A stretch of 64,000 nucleotides of DNA, taken from Azolla caroliniana (taxonomy: Eukaryota > Plantae > Polypodiophyta). A model generated the notes under the pieces. That model had not been told where the DNA came from. It saw only the letters and a program-made list of their open reading frames with translations, and did no database searches. Location: positions 3,100,001 through 3,164,000 of the forward strand of contig JBHGNT010000004.1 of the NCBI GenBank assembly GCA_043228905.1, in the 5' to 3' direction. Position numbers and translations under genes: made by a program. Of this stretch, positions 33,401 through 46,619 are shown piece by piece (the stretch's first letter is position 1; each line of letters begins with the position of its first letter).

Positions 33401-34485
33401 CTAAACTTGAAGGCCAAGGTAGTGGTTCCCTTGGCTGGCTTGACCATATGCGTAGCTGCTTTTTCAAAGCTGTCAAGCTGCATGAAATTAATCTTTCAGA
33501 CACTGAAAGCAACGACCAACCCTGTTTTCTTATAAAAATCAAAAGGATCCATAAAGGAAACCGCAATAGAAAACAATAAAACAAAGCCTTGAGTCACTGC
33601 AGGGTACAAAAATCTGTTTTCCAATGATATTCAAACAATCTATAAAAGCAAGGACAAGCATAAACGAAGCCAGGCACGGAAAAAATGCAAAACAGATAAG
33701 TTTTCTCATTGTATTTAGAAGATCCATAAAAGCAAAGATAATAATAATAAGTAAAATAAATAAATACTCTAAGAACGGAAAGGGGTAATATATAACTGTT
33801 CTCGTGACGTTTAAAAGACCCACATAAGTAAAGATAATGGAAAAAAACAATACAAGTGGAGACACAAGACATTGCAAAGATTAAATTTTATGTGTTTGGT
33901 GACATACAAAAGATCCATTGAAGCAAATATAATAGAAAAAATAAACACAAATAAATATTCAAGTAAACCAAAAAGCAAGAAAAATGTGCTCTCATGATTT
34001 TAAGCGTATCTGTTAAACCATACAGTGAGAAAAACTAAAATTTAAAAGAAACTGACCCAAAGATCCATAAGAAGAAATGCAGTGGAAGAGAACAGCTAAA
34101 GGAAACGATCAGGAAACATCCATAACACGAGATATAAGAGGAAAAAATAGACTTAAAATCTGACGCAAAGCAAAAAAGCACGAGCAAAGATAAGGATATG
34201 GAAATGTCAAAAAACTTCACAATCCTAACTAGAAGCAAGAAAAAAAATCAGATATTAAGGTCTCACTGTGAGAGACAGACAGCGAGAGGGGATTGACAAA
34301 TACACAAACGAAGGTCGCGAATGAATATAGATTTTTCTGTTTTCGAAGACACTCACTTCTTGGATACCATTGACAGAAGGGAGGTCGAAACGCGCGGTGG
34401 AGAGAATGTCTGTGGTGGGAGAAGCAAATGGAGGAATCGTATGAAGCGAGGGAGGGTCGAGGCAGCTCAAATCGATGGATCCCAT
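30403..34485 (-). CDS. PBE1: 20S proteasome beta-5 subunit; exons 34485-34357, 33477-33348, 31764-31658, 31577-31443, 31370-31267, 30716-30616, 30527-30403; ~276 aa
   Basis: Propeptide then KPAKG|TTTLAF (catalytic Thr1), [69 protein letters not shown]. All junctions GT-AG and in frame. Confidence 0.96.
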
Positions 34486-35893
34486 AGCTTTCCTTTCCTC
34501 TCTTCTCTCTTATCTGTCTTTGTTCTCTGTATGCGTCTGTTTCCTGTGTCTTTCTCTGTCTGTGTCTGTTTTCTGTGTCTTTCTCTGTCTGATAGATCGA
34601 TCGACGGATTCTTTCTTCTGTTTTATTCTGCTGCTCTGCTTTGTTTTTAGCCCTAATCCCCTTCTTTCCATTAATTACCAATATGCCCTTCCTTTTTCAT
34701 CTCTTTTCAGTAATTTACATAAACTACCCCCCAAATGGTTTTCGTTATTTCCCGAAATGCCCCTGATTTTTTCACCTTTAGTAGTCGTACGTATAATCAA
34801 TCCATTTGATTGTGTAGGACCTATTTATTGTAAGGCTTGCTTGATTGAGCCCATGTTTGTGAATCGTTACTTAATCAAGTGTTTTTTCTATCAATCGTTC
34901 GTTTGGCCCTGGTAGTATCTATGTAAACCCACTTTGATTGCATACACCTTGTTGTAATCTTACTTGGAGCCACTCTCATGAACACGTATAAACCAACAAG
35001 AAAGAAGATGCCCAATGTTTCGCATCACCTATTAACATATGTAGTCCCCTCTTGCATGGAGTTCCAACATATCTCTTCAACATAAGTTTACAAGGCATGT
35101 ACTTCCACTTCTCCCATATTGTCTAGCACATGTGCCCTTGGCCTTATTACGCTACAATGTTCGACACTTTGTAGGATTAAATGATCTTGCATTACAATGG
35201 TTGCCCTAACATAGACCTTCGATATCTAATCAGTGGTGTTGAATCTTGATATAGAGAAAAGGGCACCACACCCCCATAGATTGTAAGAACCTAGGGTGAA
35301 CACCTAAGTAATAACAAGACCAATCATTTTATCAAACCTCTCATATACTACGGTAGCATTATTACTTCATGCTTCACTTACTCATTTAGAACTATTAATC
35401 TATTCCAAAAATCAATCTAAACTTTTGATCCTCCATAGGTAGGAGTAGGCAACAACTCAAAGCTTGAACCGAGCAATTCATCCTACAATATATATTAATG
35501 TATTATGTAACCTTGAACTCCTACCACAAAAATCAAATGGAATGTGCATGATGATAACTGAAGTTTTAAATTAGAACAAAAGAAAGGAAAAGAAACCATG
35601 GCTCACTATTCCATTGATGAGTTACATAACAATCGGTTAACAATGATATACGTAAGGCAATTAGCATTTTCGTTTTGCATTCATCTTCTTGCTCTCCAAC
35701 GACTTTACAAAACTCGTGTGCACTATCACCATATAGTTGGAAGTTATTGAACATTTACTCTCAAAACTCACGAATGCTTGAATAAATCCTAACTAAAGAG
35801 AGATTAATTTCACTAAATATTGGATGGTGCACATCTCAAAAATGGCATCATTGATACTTATAAAGTGCGTAAATGAAGCCCCATATTAACCTA

Positions 35894-35896
<3 letters not shown>

Positions 35897-35948
<52 letters not shown>
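35897..35948. repeat. (GA)n microsatellite
   Basis: Seen directly; similar (GA)/(CT) runs occur at ~5587-5622, ~44426-44458 and ~45158-45190. Confidence 0.95.
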
Positions 35949-35952
<4 letters not shown>

Positions 35953-36619
35953 TAATCTAGTAATTTAATGTGATACTCTCTTTAATCAAACGATATGACA
36001 CTCATATTATTAACCAACAATATGTCAATTTCCTTCGGTGCACATTCCGCTCAACCATAAAAGCAACATGAGTTCAATTAGTTCTATCCATGCTTTTCAA
36101 TCAAGTATATTATTTCTCCCATTATCGTTTTAAGGTTATGAGACGATCAATATATAACAAAGCAAACTTCAATGTACTTTAATATTGGTGTGGTACTTGA
36201 ATTCATTTCTAGCTAGTGTTATCACTTCAATGTTGGTGTCCTTTGTAGACAAATTACTTATCACAAAATTGAATTGTTAAGAAAGAGCTAAATTCAAAGG
36301 TAACGGGAATATGTTTGATTAAAGAACGTACATATCGCTAGTATAGAGCTTATTGTTTAGGTATTTATTCCATGTTCTTGTTTTTCTTTTGTGTAAGGGT
36401 GTCCCAAAGCATGTAGAATGGTCTCCAACCCCATTTGATATCACTCCCAAGCATTGAACATTTGTTATGCCTATTTCGAATTATCGTTCCATGTGAAGGG
36501 TATGCATAAAAGAAGAAAGTGAAATCGTCCACTCAAACATTCACACAAATTGTGAGATTGTAAAAGCTTTAACAAATATTGTGCCTATGAATGATCATGA
36601 TAACTATTCACATTTTTCT

Positions 36620-36840
36620 CTAAAGCAAAGTTAACACTTGGCTCAATTGTCGTCTTTTAAGAGTGCTAGGGACTTCAATTAACTCAAATGGCATTATGAT
36701 CACTTTGCCTCTAATTAAACAAGGATTCTGTAAAGCAAAATAAAAAATTGGCTCAATTGTCGACTTCTAAGAGTGTTAGGGACTTCAATTAACTCAAATG
36801 GCATTATGATCACTTTGCCTCTAATTAAACAAGGATTCTC
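36620..36840. repeat. ~110-bp tandem duplication
   Basis: TTGGCTCAATTGTCG...GGGACTTCAATTAACTCAAATGGCATTATGATCACTTTGCCTCTAATTAAACAAGGATTCT occurs twice. Confidence 0.9.
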
Positions 36841-38389
36841 ACATCAATTGTTTTTGAATCATTGATCGATCTCGTTAGAAATTTTCTCTTCGTTGAAGAC
36901 TTGAGGTTGAAGGAGAAACCCCAACATTCAAACTAAATCCTATCGAGCATCTCCAAATAGTTTGATGTGGAAGGAAACATATTCAATCAATTTATCGTGA
37001 ATTATTCTCAATTCATTCAACACCTTGAATCGCACACATCCTCAATTTCTTACATATTTGTCGTCCAATCCATCAATGAGAAATATATTGGACATTTGAT
37101 GAGGATATACAATAATATAATGATGTCATTTTATCTCTAAATATGACCAAAAAGTGTCTTGAAATTTTATTTTTATTTTTGCATATTCTTCACGGAATAC
37201 ATACAATCACACACACAACCATGCATGCTTGTGCCCTCTATGTTTCTTCACACATGCACAGTGTGAGATTCCTCTTGTGAGTGTGACAATACAAAGCAAC
37301 AATAGCAGCCCTCTTTGTCTTCTTTTTCGTAATGTGTTAATTACGAATATTGAATTAGAATTGATGGAATATAACATCATGTCAACTCACCACAAAATCA
37401 ATCAAGGTTTCCATGACATCCCTTATCTCAATACTTATTAAAGCCCAATCTACAAAAAAGAAGTTCCCTCGTCTTAAGTTGTTAGCGTAACAACTCAAAT
37501 TTTGTGGGTTCAAGGCTCCCTTCTCACGTTTTTTTCCCTAATTTTACCATGTCATTGTGGAATGTAGGAGTTGAACGCATGACCTTTTGTCTCCCTTGAA
37601 CAACATTACCACATGAACTACAACCATCTCTCTTTTTTGGTGAAAACACACAATTATATTAATAAAAGTGTGTGAAAAACACTAGTTACAATGGGTGTCA
37701 CAATGGAGCATGGTCACCCACTAACTCCACCACATGGGTAGTGGAACATGTTGAATTGCCAATAGGCAAGACTCTCTCTCTCCCTTTGTGCGTGTGTCTC
37801 TGGTAACACATGATAAATTTGTACTAGTTGTAAGATAATTTCAGTTTATACTTTCAATAATGCTACCACCAACACAATTTTTATCGTAGTAGTTAGGAAA
37901 ATGTTTGTCTCTATCTATCAAATGGTGACCGTATAAAGACATCTAAACTACACATCTAATGTCTTTGCTAGCAAAACATTATTATGGTCAAATTTTCTCA
38001 AGAACAAAACTACTTTTTACGGCGTAAAAGCAATTGTTGCTTGGCATAAAAAATCTTTATTAAATTGCACAAGGACCGAAAACCATTGCTCTTTATCATA
38101 GTTTCCTACATGTCTTCGGCTTAGAGAAGCTATCAAAAGAAACAAATAATTAAAAAAAGAAGAGGAGAAATTCGATTGCAAACTTTAGTATAGCAATCAT
38201 ATTAATTGATATATCCCAAAGATACACAAACAATAGGGTTTAGGATCTTACCAAGATTACATACACATGGACCCATAGAACGTAATATTCGTGTTCATGC
38301 AAGCATTCAAACGTTTGGAAATGAACACGTTTGAAATGGGAAAAATATGTGTTCCTTTTTTCTTTTCTTTTTCATCTATTATACAAATT

Positions 38390-38800
38390 TGCACAACCTA
38401 GTGGTAAGGTGTTATGATGTTTTTTTCTTTTATTTTATTATTATTATTAGAACTAAGCACAACCTAGTGGTAAGTTGCTACTATTACTTGTGTCTTGGGT
38501 TCAATTCCCAACTTTCTCATATCATCTTGTTAGTGTCATGGCAAAATTTTATGTTAGTGTCATGTTCCTTTTTCTTTCTTTCTTTCTTATTAGAAATTGT
38601 CACCCTAGTGGTGAGTTGTTATGCTACTACTGCCTATGCCATGTTTTCTTTATATTCTCGAATATACGTTTTATGAGTTTTTGATCATTTCTTTTTTTCT
38701 TTCTTTGTTATTAGAAATTAGGTCACCCTAGTGGTAAGTTGTTATGCTACTACTGCCTATGTCATGTTTTCTTCATATTCTCGAATATACTTTAGAGTTT
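38390..38800. repeat. Degenerate tandem repeats built on CCTAGTGGTRAGKTG
   Basis: Motif at ~38397, 38463, 38604 and 38727; the last two units are near-identical over ~90 bp. Confidence 0.75.
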
Positions 38801-39850
38801 TTGAACGTTTGATTATAATTTATAATGACATATTTTGATTCAATCTCTATAGTTCATACTCATTTTTTTGTAAAGTTTTGAAGTGAGGATGATAGAGATG
38901 TCTTGATTCGCATCCCAAAAGTATGCATGTGATACAATGCAAATATGGCAACCATACTTATGTTGGTGGTTCACAATGGATTAGAGTCCACTTACTAGGA
39001 TTGAGAGTGAATCAATATATAATATAGACCCTAGTCAATCCAATCCAACTTTGAGATGATTTACCATACACGTTTGATTGAATCATTCTCGAATGCGAAT
39101 GCACGTATGATGCGTATGGTTCATTCTATGCATGGACGTATGGTGACAAATTACAATTGATTAGTCATCTAATGAGCCCATTTATATTTTGTGCAACAAA
39201 AAAAATACCAAATATTTTATGCCCTAAATAATTATAGACCTTCAATGCTATCATTAAGATATCACTAAAATAATATTTACTTCAAATAATGACAAACATA
39301 AACAAAAGAACCAAGGGAATACCACTTTCACATTTTAAGAGTAATTCAACAATTAGCATCACAATAAGATGAATTCATAAATTCAAAACCTTTCTATATT
39401 ATGAGGAACTATCCTCTTTAGTAAACACTTATACATGCTATGCCTTTCGATGATGATAAGACAAGCTTTACAATTACTATCCTTCTGATAATCATTACAA
39501 ATCCTCGTTGGCCTAGAGCCCTGGGCTCTATTTTCATGCCTAGTACACACCATTTGGATGTCATTACATGCCATCCACCTCATTGAGAATTGAATGCTAA
39601 GAGTGTAAAATTAACGTTTTTTTCAAACCACCTTTGATACTATTGAGGGAGACATGTGTGATTGATCCTCTTTTACATTGCTACAAGTATTGTTTACATA
39701 CACCCTCAGACATAAAACGGGTACACATTTGCAAGAGAATAAACAAATACTACTACAAAAAAAACTACATACAAGCTGGTGTTTTCCATTCCGCAAAATT
39801 GCCCCATTTTCTCAAAATAAGGGGGCACCATAACCATCTCAGGTAAAAAG

Positions 39851-42800
39851 TCATTTCTTTAGACTGGTGCGAGAGAGGATGCGCTTTCCATACGGGCTAC
39901 TCCGAAGAGCCGGCAAGTGTGGTCGTATTGCTTCCACCAACCCAATGTAAAGAGAACCCTGCAAAAAAATTTACCAAAAAATAATGAATCGATACACGAG
40001 TCCTCGCAAACAAACGATTGAATGAATTAATTCAATGAAATGAATGGCTCTCGACTACAAGTTTTCCCAGCAATTGAAGGGACATATACCCCGCCCCCCC
40101 TTTTTCAATTTTGCACAAAAAAACAAGGAAGCCTTTGTCATTATTGTCTTTTTTCCGAAAGTGGATTCGATTGCTTTCAAAACCTCACAAAATATAGCAA
40201 AACAGGACATCAAAGATTCAAGAAAATAAATAAAGGTGATGCATCACATGTCCATGGACGTAATACTTTTACATCTCTGGCAATCTAGTCATCAATTAGC
40301 TATTACGGACATGGAATAAATACCACAAAAACAGTTGAAAACAATGACAAACTCAATATGAAATTTGGTTTTAGAATTAACCTAAAACCCTAAACATATA
40401 ATGATGTTATTACACCATACTTCACCTTAGCAACCGTTAAGGCAGATTGCACCACATAGTTTGCAAACGGATCCTGTAGCAACTGTGAGAGACGGCTGCT
40501 ACTTGTAAGCTCTCGAATGATATTCCCCTTGCTTTCTTCCCCACCCAACTTCAAGCATTTCTCAACCACATTGCTACTGAACTTCTGCATTGCGAGATGA
40601 ACGAAATTCCCATCCAATCGAACTATCACCTCCGTGACAGCCCATGTCAATCCCAAATCCAGAATATACTGCACAACGTAGTTCCTGCCAAAAACCAAAA
40701 CCAAAACCAATATATCTTCTAAGATAAAACAGGTCAGGCGTAGAAAAGATTAAGGCCTGGCAAACTGAAAGCATTAAATCTTTAAGAGAAATAGGGGAAC
40801 AATGTGCATGCCAAAAACCGTAATGATTAGTATTGCTTCTTGTTTTTAAACATCACTATAAATTAACCTTCACAAACTAATGAATAAGACGGTGTAAGAG
40901 AGAGAAGAGAGAGAAAGGATTTCATAAAGAAAACAACAGCAACAAGCAATCAATATTGAGAATAACTATAAACATCATGTGAGCTTCATAAAGAGGGATT
41001 GAATAAAATAGGAGGGTGACAGATTACATTGCCTAACATCTTCAGGCTTTACATATATTCAACCTATGCTTTTTCAAAACAACAGATTGCTGCTAGCTAA
41101 GTGGAAACTATAGAACATCTTGTCCCTTTTAAAAGCATTGATCATATAAAAAAACGGATATGTTTACCCAAAAGGATCTTGTGAGAGGACCAATGCATTG
41201 GCAGCAATTTCTGCTACTAAACGTTCACGTTGTTGCCCAGTCGAAAAATCAACACAACGTTGAAGTACACAGCATCCATGTCTATGCGTGGCGATTTCAA
41301 CACAATGACTTGTGGCTGCATCAAATATGAACTGGAAGAAAACTTTTAAACATAAATTAAAAACTTGAAAAGAATCTTCAAAGAAATGCTTTGATTGTCA
41401 AAAATCTGAATTACTTGTACCTGGCTATCTTCTGTACTTAAGCGTTGCAAACAACGTTGCACAACGTGATTACCATTCAGATCCTTTATCAATGTTACAG
41501 CTCCGTGCCTTAATGATGAGATAGCTAATCCAATCTGCTCTGGAGTCTTTAGTGTCTCAATGAGTTTTTGAACCGCACGCGTCCTGTTCATCACAAATTA
41601 ATATGTTCATTCGAAGTAGTAATCATTTGAAGTGGTGTAATGAATCTCCATATAAACAAATGTGAAAAGAAAGTCTACAATTGAGCCTTTTATATACCCA
41701 TGCATGTTGAGGGAAATTGTCACGAGTTGGCCATTCCCAGTAACTCTGCACAAAATCTCCATGCGCTGAACTTCATCACAAACCTCAAGAAGCTTCTGAA
41801 TGAGATAATTGCCAAATGGATCAATCATAAGCTCTGTAACATGATCAATAATCTCCAGGAAAATCTTTTGTACATCCTCAAACAACCCTTCTTCGAATTT
41901 CTTTTGTAAGAAACGACACCCATGTTGGTCTTTTGCAATTCCATATATGTGCCCCTCAACTTCCTTCAAGGAGGTGTATTTGGGGGGAGGAGGCGGAGAT
42001 GAATTCAGCTGATGTTGAGAAACAAGAACTTCTGGACTGATTCCCTTCCACATACTGCCACCTCCATGGATACCGCTACTCAACTGATTAGGCAGGATAT
42101 GTACATCCAAATGATCATTCACCAATACACTCTTTGTCTTTGGAGGTGGCAAGACTAGTGCAGAGGCAGATTGGATATTCCGGGGTCCCCTCCGAGATCG
42201 AGAGATATTTGTATCCGATGCCATCAAACTATTGTTCATCAAGATAGCACTACTCTGAGAATGAGGGAATGGGCATAAATCTCCTCTGGAGCAAAATCCA
42301 TGCAGAAAATATTGGCATATATCCAATGATGCCTGAGGAACTTCTTGTGATAACATAATCTGATTCGCCCACCTCTCTTGGGTGGTGGTTTGAAGATCAT
42401 CTGATGCAAATATACCACTAAGAGTGTTCTTCGAAGAAGCCTGAGGTTGAAGGAGGTCAAATGTATTAGAAACCTTCCCAAGCTGAGATCCAGAGTAACT
42501 CCTTGTATACGAGGGAGGTCCAGATGGGTTATGTAAGCTAGCATAGAACTGAGCTTGTTGTTCCTGAAGCTTTTGCTGCCGTAGTAGAAACTCTTCCTTG
42601 ATACGTTGTCTACAATAGATTCTCTCTTCTAATTGTTGTTGTACATGTGCCTCGTGGAGTTGTTGTGCATATATCATCTTCAAGTCCGATGGGTATGATA
42701 AATTAGGGGATGAATGAACTCGGCTCGCCATTACTTGTTGATGCATTGTCATAGAAGCCCCACTTACAGCTTGATCAATCAAACCAGGTCCACCATTGAC

Positions 42801-43307
42801 AGAGACCTGCCCTCTATGAAGAAACCGAATATCTTGAATTGGACGGTTCTCCGTTGCAAGAGACATCTTTTCAATCCCTATGGGAAGCTCATTTTCTAAT
42901 AACTCTGATGGTTTGTGTGGAAATGAATCAACAAACTGAAGAGAAGAGGGTAATCGAGATGCATAAGATGAATCGGTGAAGAGATTAGTAGGATCCAAGA
43001 GGTTGCCAAAGCTGGAGCTTGAACCACTTTTGTTCTTCCCTTTACCAAAATCATGAGAATCACAACCCAAAGGTGCTATAAGGCTGTGGGAGTCATCATA
43101 ACAATCCTTTAATGTGATCGAGGATGTGAATGCAGTTGGATGAGGTTGATAATTGTGAGGCAAATGGGTTATCACTTTCATCATTCTCGATTCATCCTTT
43201 GGCATAGCCTTGGCACTCTGTGACTCATCAAGGTGGAGTGGGCCAGAGGTGGCTCTGGGAATCTCCCGTAACAGTTTCTCTAGCTCTTCATCGTACCCTT
43301 GTTCCAT
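39851..43307 (-). CDS. Pumilio/PUF RNA-binding protein with a CCCH zinc finger; exons 43307-41698, 41583-41421, 41331-41168, 40684-40426, 39958-39851; ~767 aa
   Basis: Eight PUF repeats (DQHGCRFLQ, DPFGNYLIQ, NMHGTRAVQ, DLNGNHVVQ, HRHGCCVLQ, DPFGNYVVQ, QKFSSNVVE, DPFANYVVQ), C-terminal SSPYGKRIL, upstream CQYFLHGFCSRGDLCPFPH. In-frame GT-AG joins. The repeat pattern is APUM7-12 / yeast Puf4-5 like. Confidence 0.94.
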
Positions 43308-43819
43308 GAAAATACAATACTAGTATACAAAGAGGGTGCAAACAAGGAGTAAGGATCCCACCACACATCAATGCAATATAGCCATCATCACCAAATTCAT
43401 TCTCTGACTATCTCTTCCGTATGCTTCCTGACTCCTCTGCTGCAACAAGTCAAGAAATCATCATCACCACCATACAGCAATGCATTCACACTTCTACCAC
43501 ATTGAAAGCTAGTTTAAAGTAATCCTCTATGGATATATACACATACATATGATATATAGATGAATGTATATATGTATACATACATATATAACCATTGAAA
43601 GCTAGTTTAAAGTAATCCTCTATATATATATATATACACATACATATTATATATAAGTGTGTGTGTGTGTGTGCGCGCGCGCTTTCTGATTCCTCTGCTG
43701 CATCAAGTCAAGAAATCACGAATCCGAGAGAGTGTGAATCATTTCTCGCACATGAATGTGAATAATATACACATTCATAGTTGGAGAAATCAAGAGTAGG
43801 TCCAATTATCCAGGCACAT

Positions 43820-44080
43820 GTAGACATCCATACCCGCATACATACATGGATGCCATACACATCCCTATATAACTACATACATACTTGTGGAATCAAGATG
43901 AAAGGGACCATCCATACATGTATGTCAATCCATCCATACCTACACGTGTGCCATCCATACACATCCGAACCTACATGTATGCCATCCATACACATCCATA
44001 CATCCGTACCTACATGTATACCATCCATCCATGTATGGTATCCATACATACATACACACACATACACCCATACATACATA
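43820..44080. repeat. (CATA/CATC)n-like low-complexity tract in the predicted PUF 5'UTR intron
   Basis: Seen directly. Predicted leader intron runs 44178 (CAG|GTATGA) to 43440 (TTGCAG|CAG) on the minus strand. Confidence 0.8.
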
Positions 44081-44422
44081 AACAAACCAAAAGAAATCCG
44101 AATGCAGAAAGGAAAGGAGGACCAGAAGTTTTGTTGTGGGCTGGATAGACGTCTGTAGAGCTTGTTTCTGTGTCATACCTGATCGAGAAGCTTTGATGTG
44201 AGGAAGAAGGGTTCAGGGTTGATGTAGAAGATGGGCAAAAAGCCTTTGATGGAAAAAAACCATCGAAAACAAACACACTACACATATGTATATATATATA
44301 TATGTGTATATACATACATACATAAAAAAGATACATAAGAAGCGAGAGAGAAGGGGGGGGCCATTTATTTGTGTGAATTTATATATATAGCCATAGTTGA
44401 TCTGTACTGCTACGAAGCAGAA

Positions 44423-44463
<41 letters not shown>

Positions 44464-44487
44464 GGCAAGGAAGCTCGAAAAGTGGGA

Positions 44488-44860
44488 TCTTTTTATTTTT
44501 ATTTCTCGTTTTCTTTTTTTATTTAATATTTTTTACACCTTTTTTCCTCTTTTTTTACGCTTTTTTAAAAAAATTTATTTGTATTTTTACTCTTGTTTTG
44601 CTTTTTATTTTTACTTCTGACGCATTTTAGTTTCTTTTTTTTATTTTAGTTTCTTTTTTTCTTTTTTTTCTTTCTTTCTTTTTTTTCTTTCTTTCTTTTT
44701 TTTCTTTTTTTCTTTTTTCCCTTTTTTTCCTTTTTTTCCTTTTTTTCTTTTTATTTTTATTTTTTCTTTGTTTTTCGTTTATTTTTTATGTTTTTTCTTT
44801 TCATTCTTTTTTTGTTTTTTCTTTTTCCTTTTTATGCATTTTTGTTTTTTATTTTCTACC
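44488..44860. repeat. ~370-bp T-rich low-complexity tract upstream of the PUF gene
   Basis: Near-continuous T runs punctuated by C or A. Confidence 0.9.
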
Positions 44861-45155
44861 AAGTGCTTTTTTTCCACTCGTGGTTTTGTTGAGGTGAGAA
44901 TGCTTTTTGGGTTTTCCATGTTTCTTCCTTCACCCTCCATCCAAAACTGGTTTTTCTTTTATGTATTATTCTTATATAAAGCTCAAAAGGATATAAACCA
45001 ATGTGCCACCCCTAACTCTACATTTTGGGCATGTCACTCTTATGTGTTGCTCCTACTCCGGCACTCTCAAGGTTTTGGTGTTCTTTGTTAGTATTGGCGT
45101 TTGTGTTGATGTTGCATGAATTAAGATCTTGAAATTGAGTACCTTAAATCAAACA

Positions 45156-45192
<37 letters not shown>

Positions 45193-46619
45193 GTATATAT
45201 ACTATATATGTTTGGGATTTGATCAATGTATAAGATAATGGTGTCAATTGCTCACCAAGTCGTGACTTAATACAAGTTTGAATGTCGGAACCCCCCCCCA
45301 CCCCTACAACGAGAACAATCTCCAACAAGAATGTAATACTTCTTGTTCTACCCCCCCCCCCAATGAAATTATGTAAATACGCAAATGTGTACATTGGATA
45401 TCTATGCATGATAACAAATGTGAGTAGTTTCACATTTCTATGTCTTTGCCTTGATTGATCGCAAAAAAGTAAATAAATTAATGCTCTTAGACTTACACTA
45501 GCCACGTAATAAATTATTGTGTTTTAGATTATTTTGAAATCATGCAATGGTTCCATCATTTCGATTATTTAATTTGTTAATTTGAAGATTGGGCCACTGC
45601 AACATGATCGTGTAAATGTGATGGTAACTTGATTATCCAAGTAAATTAACATATCTATACATTTTTCAACAGTTACAATGATGTAGTACTTGCTTAGCCA
45701 TTTTGATAGTTCTTTACTCATTTAAAGTATTGATTCATTTTACTGCTCAAATGAAGTCTAAAACGGGAAAAAAATATGCATGTGATGTTTCGAGTTTTTT
45801 TTTCCCAAAAAAATGTTTCTGAGTATTGAAATTCAATTTGTTCTTTCCTAATGATAGTGTCGTTTATAATTAGCTATGTAGATAAAATGCATATCAAAAG
45901 AAATATCCACAAACACACACATACTAACAATGGCAATGTATGAAGCAATCTTTAATATTTATTTTGTCGTTTCAAGATGTTCTATATTTAAGTAGCGAAT
46001 ATAATAAGCAATTCTCATAACCCTCTTATAGTTTTTAGTTGAAATGTTTCAGTTATAAGACCTTGCTCACTCTTTTTGTAAAAGACCATTGTTGTTGGCT
46101 AGATTTTATTGTTGGTAAACCAACTTGCATTTTGTGCACTTCAAACCTTATAAATTTTCTTGTAGATGTCCAATGCATTTGATAATATATTCTTCAAGAC
46201 TCGTTCATTATATTTGTTGGGATATGTTATTTTTGTAGTGCCCTAAACATACAATGGTCTTTCTACATGAATAAAGATGACAAGGGCGCTCGTACGTGTG
46301 TCTTCTACAATGGATTTGTTATTGAAGAGTAAACATATGGATTTACATTTTGTCTCAAAATTTGTTTTCTATTATCATAATCAGAATCTTGATTTGTATG
46401 AACCAATGAGCCAATTATTAGGGCAAAATAAATTGGTTAAGTGAGATGCTCCAACAAAACAAAGCACTAAAAGGAATAGACGGATCCCAACTATGTTGGG
46501 TGAATCCAATGATGACTTTCCCTATGATCATTGCATAACAAGATCCAAATCCCAAATGACCCAATCTCCTAATGAATTAGAACAGTCATTGTAATGTGAT
46601 GCATGACTATATCATGTAT

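Noticed and set aside
36690-36830. SDHNAI on the minus strand as a LINE endonuclease motif
   Set aside because: A single short motif inside a duplication, with no other endonuclease motifs in register.
43781-45091. H/T/Y-rich, M/Y/V-rich and F-rich ORFs
   Set aside because: Products of CATA, GA and poly-T low-complexity sequence.
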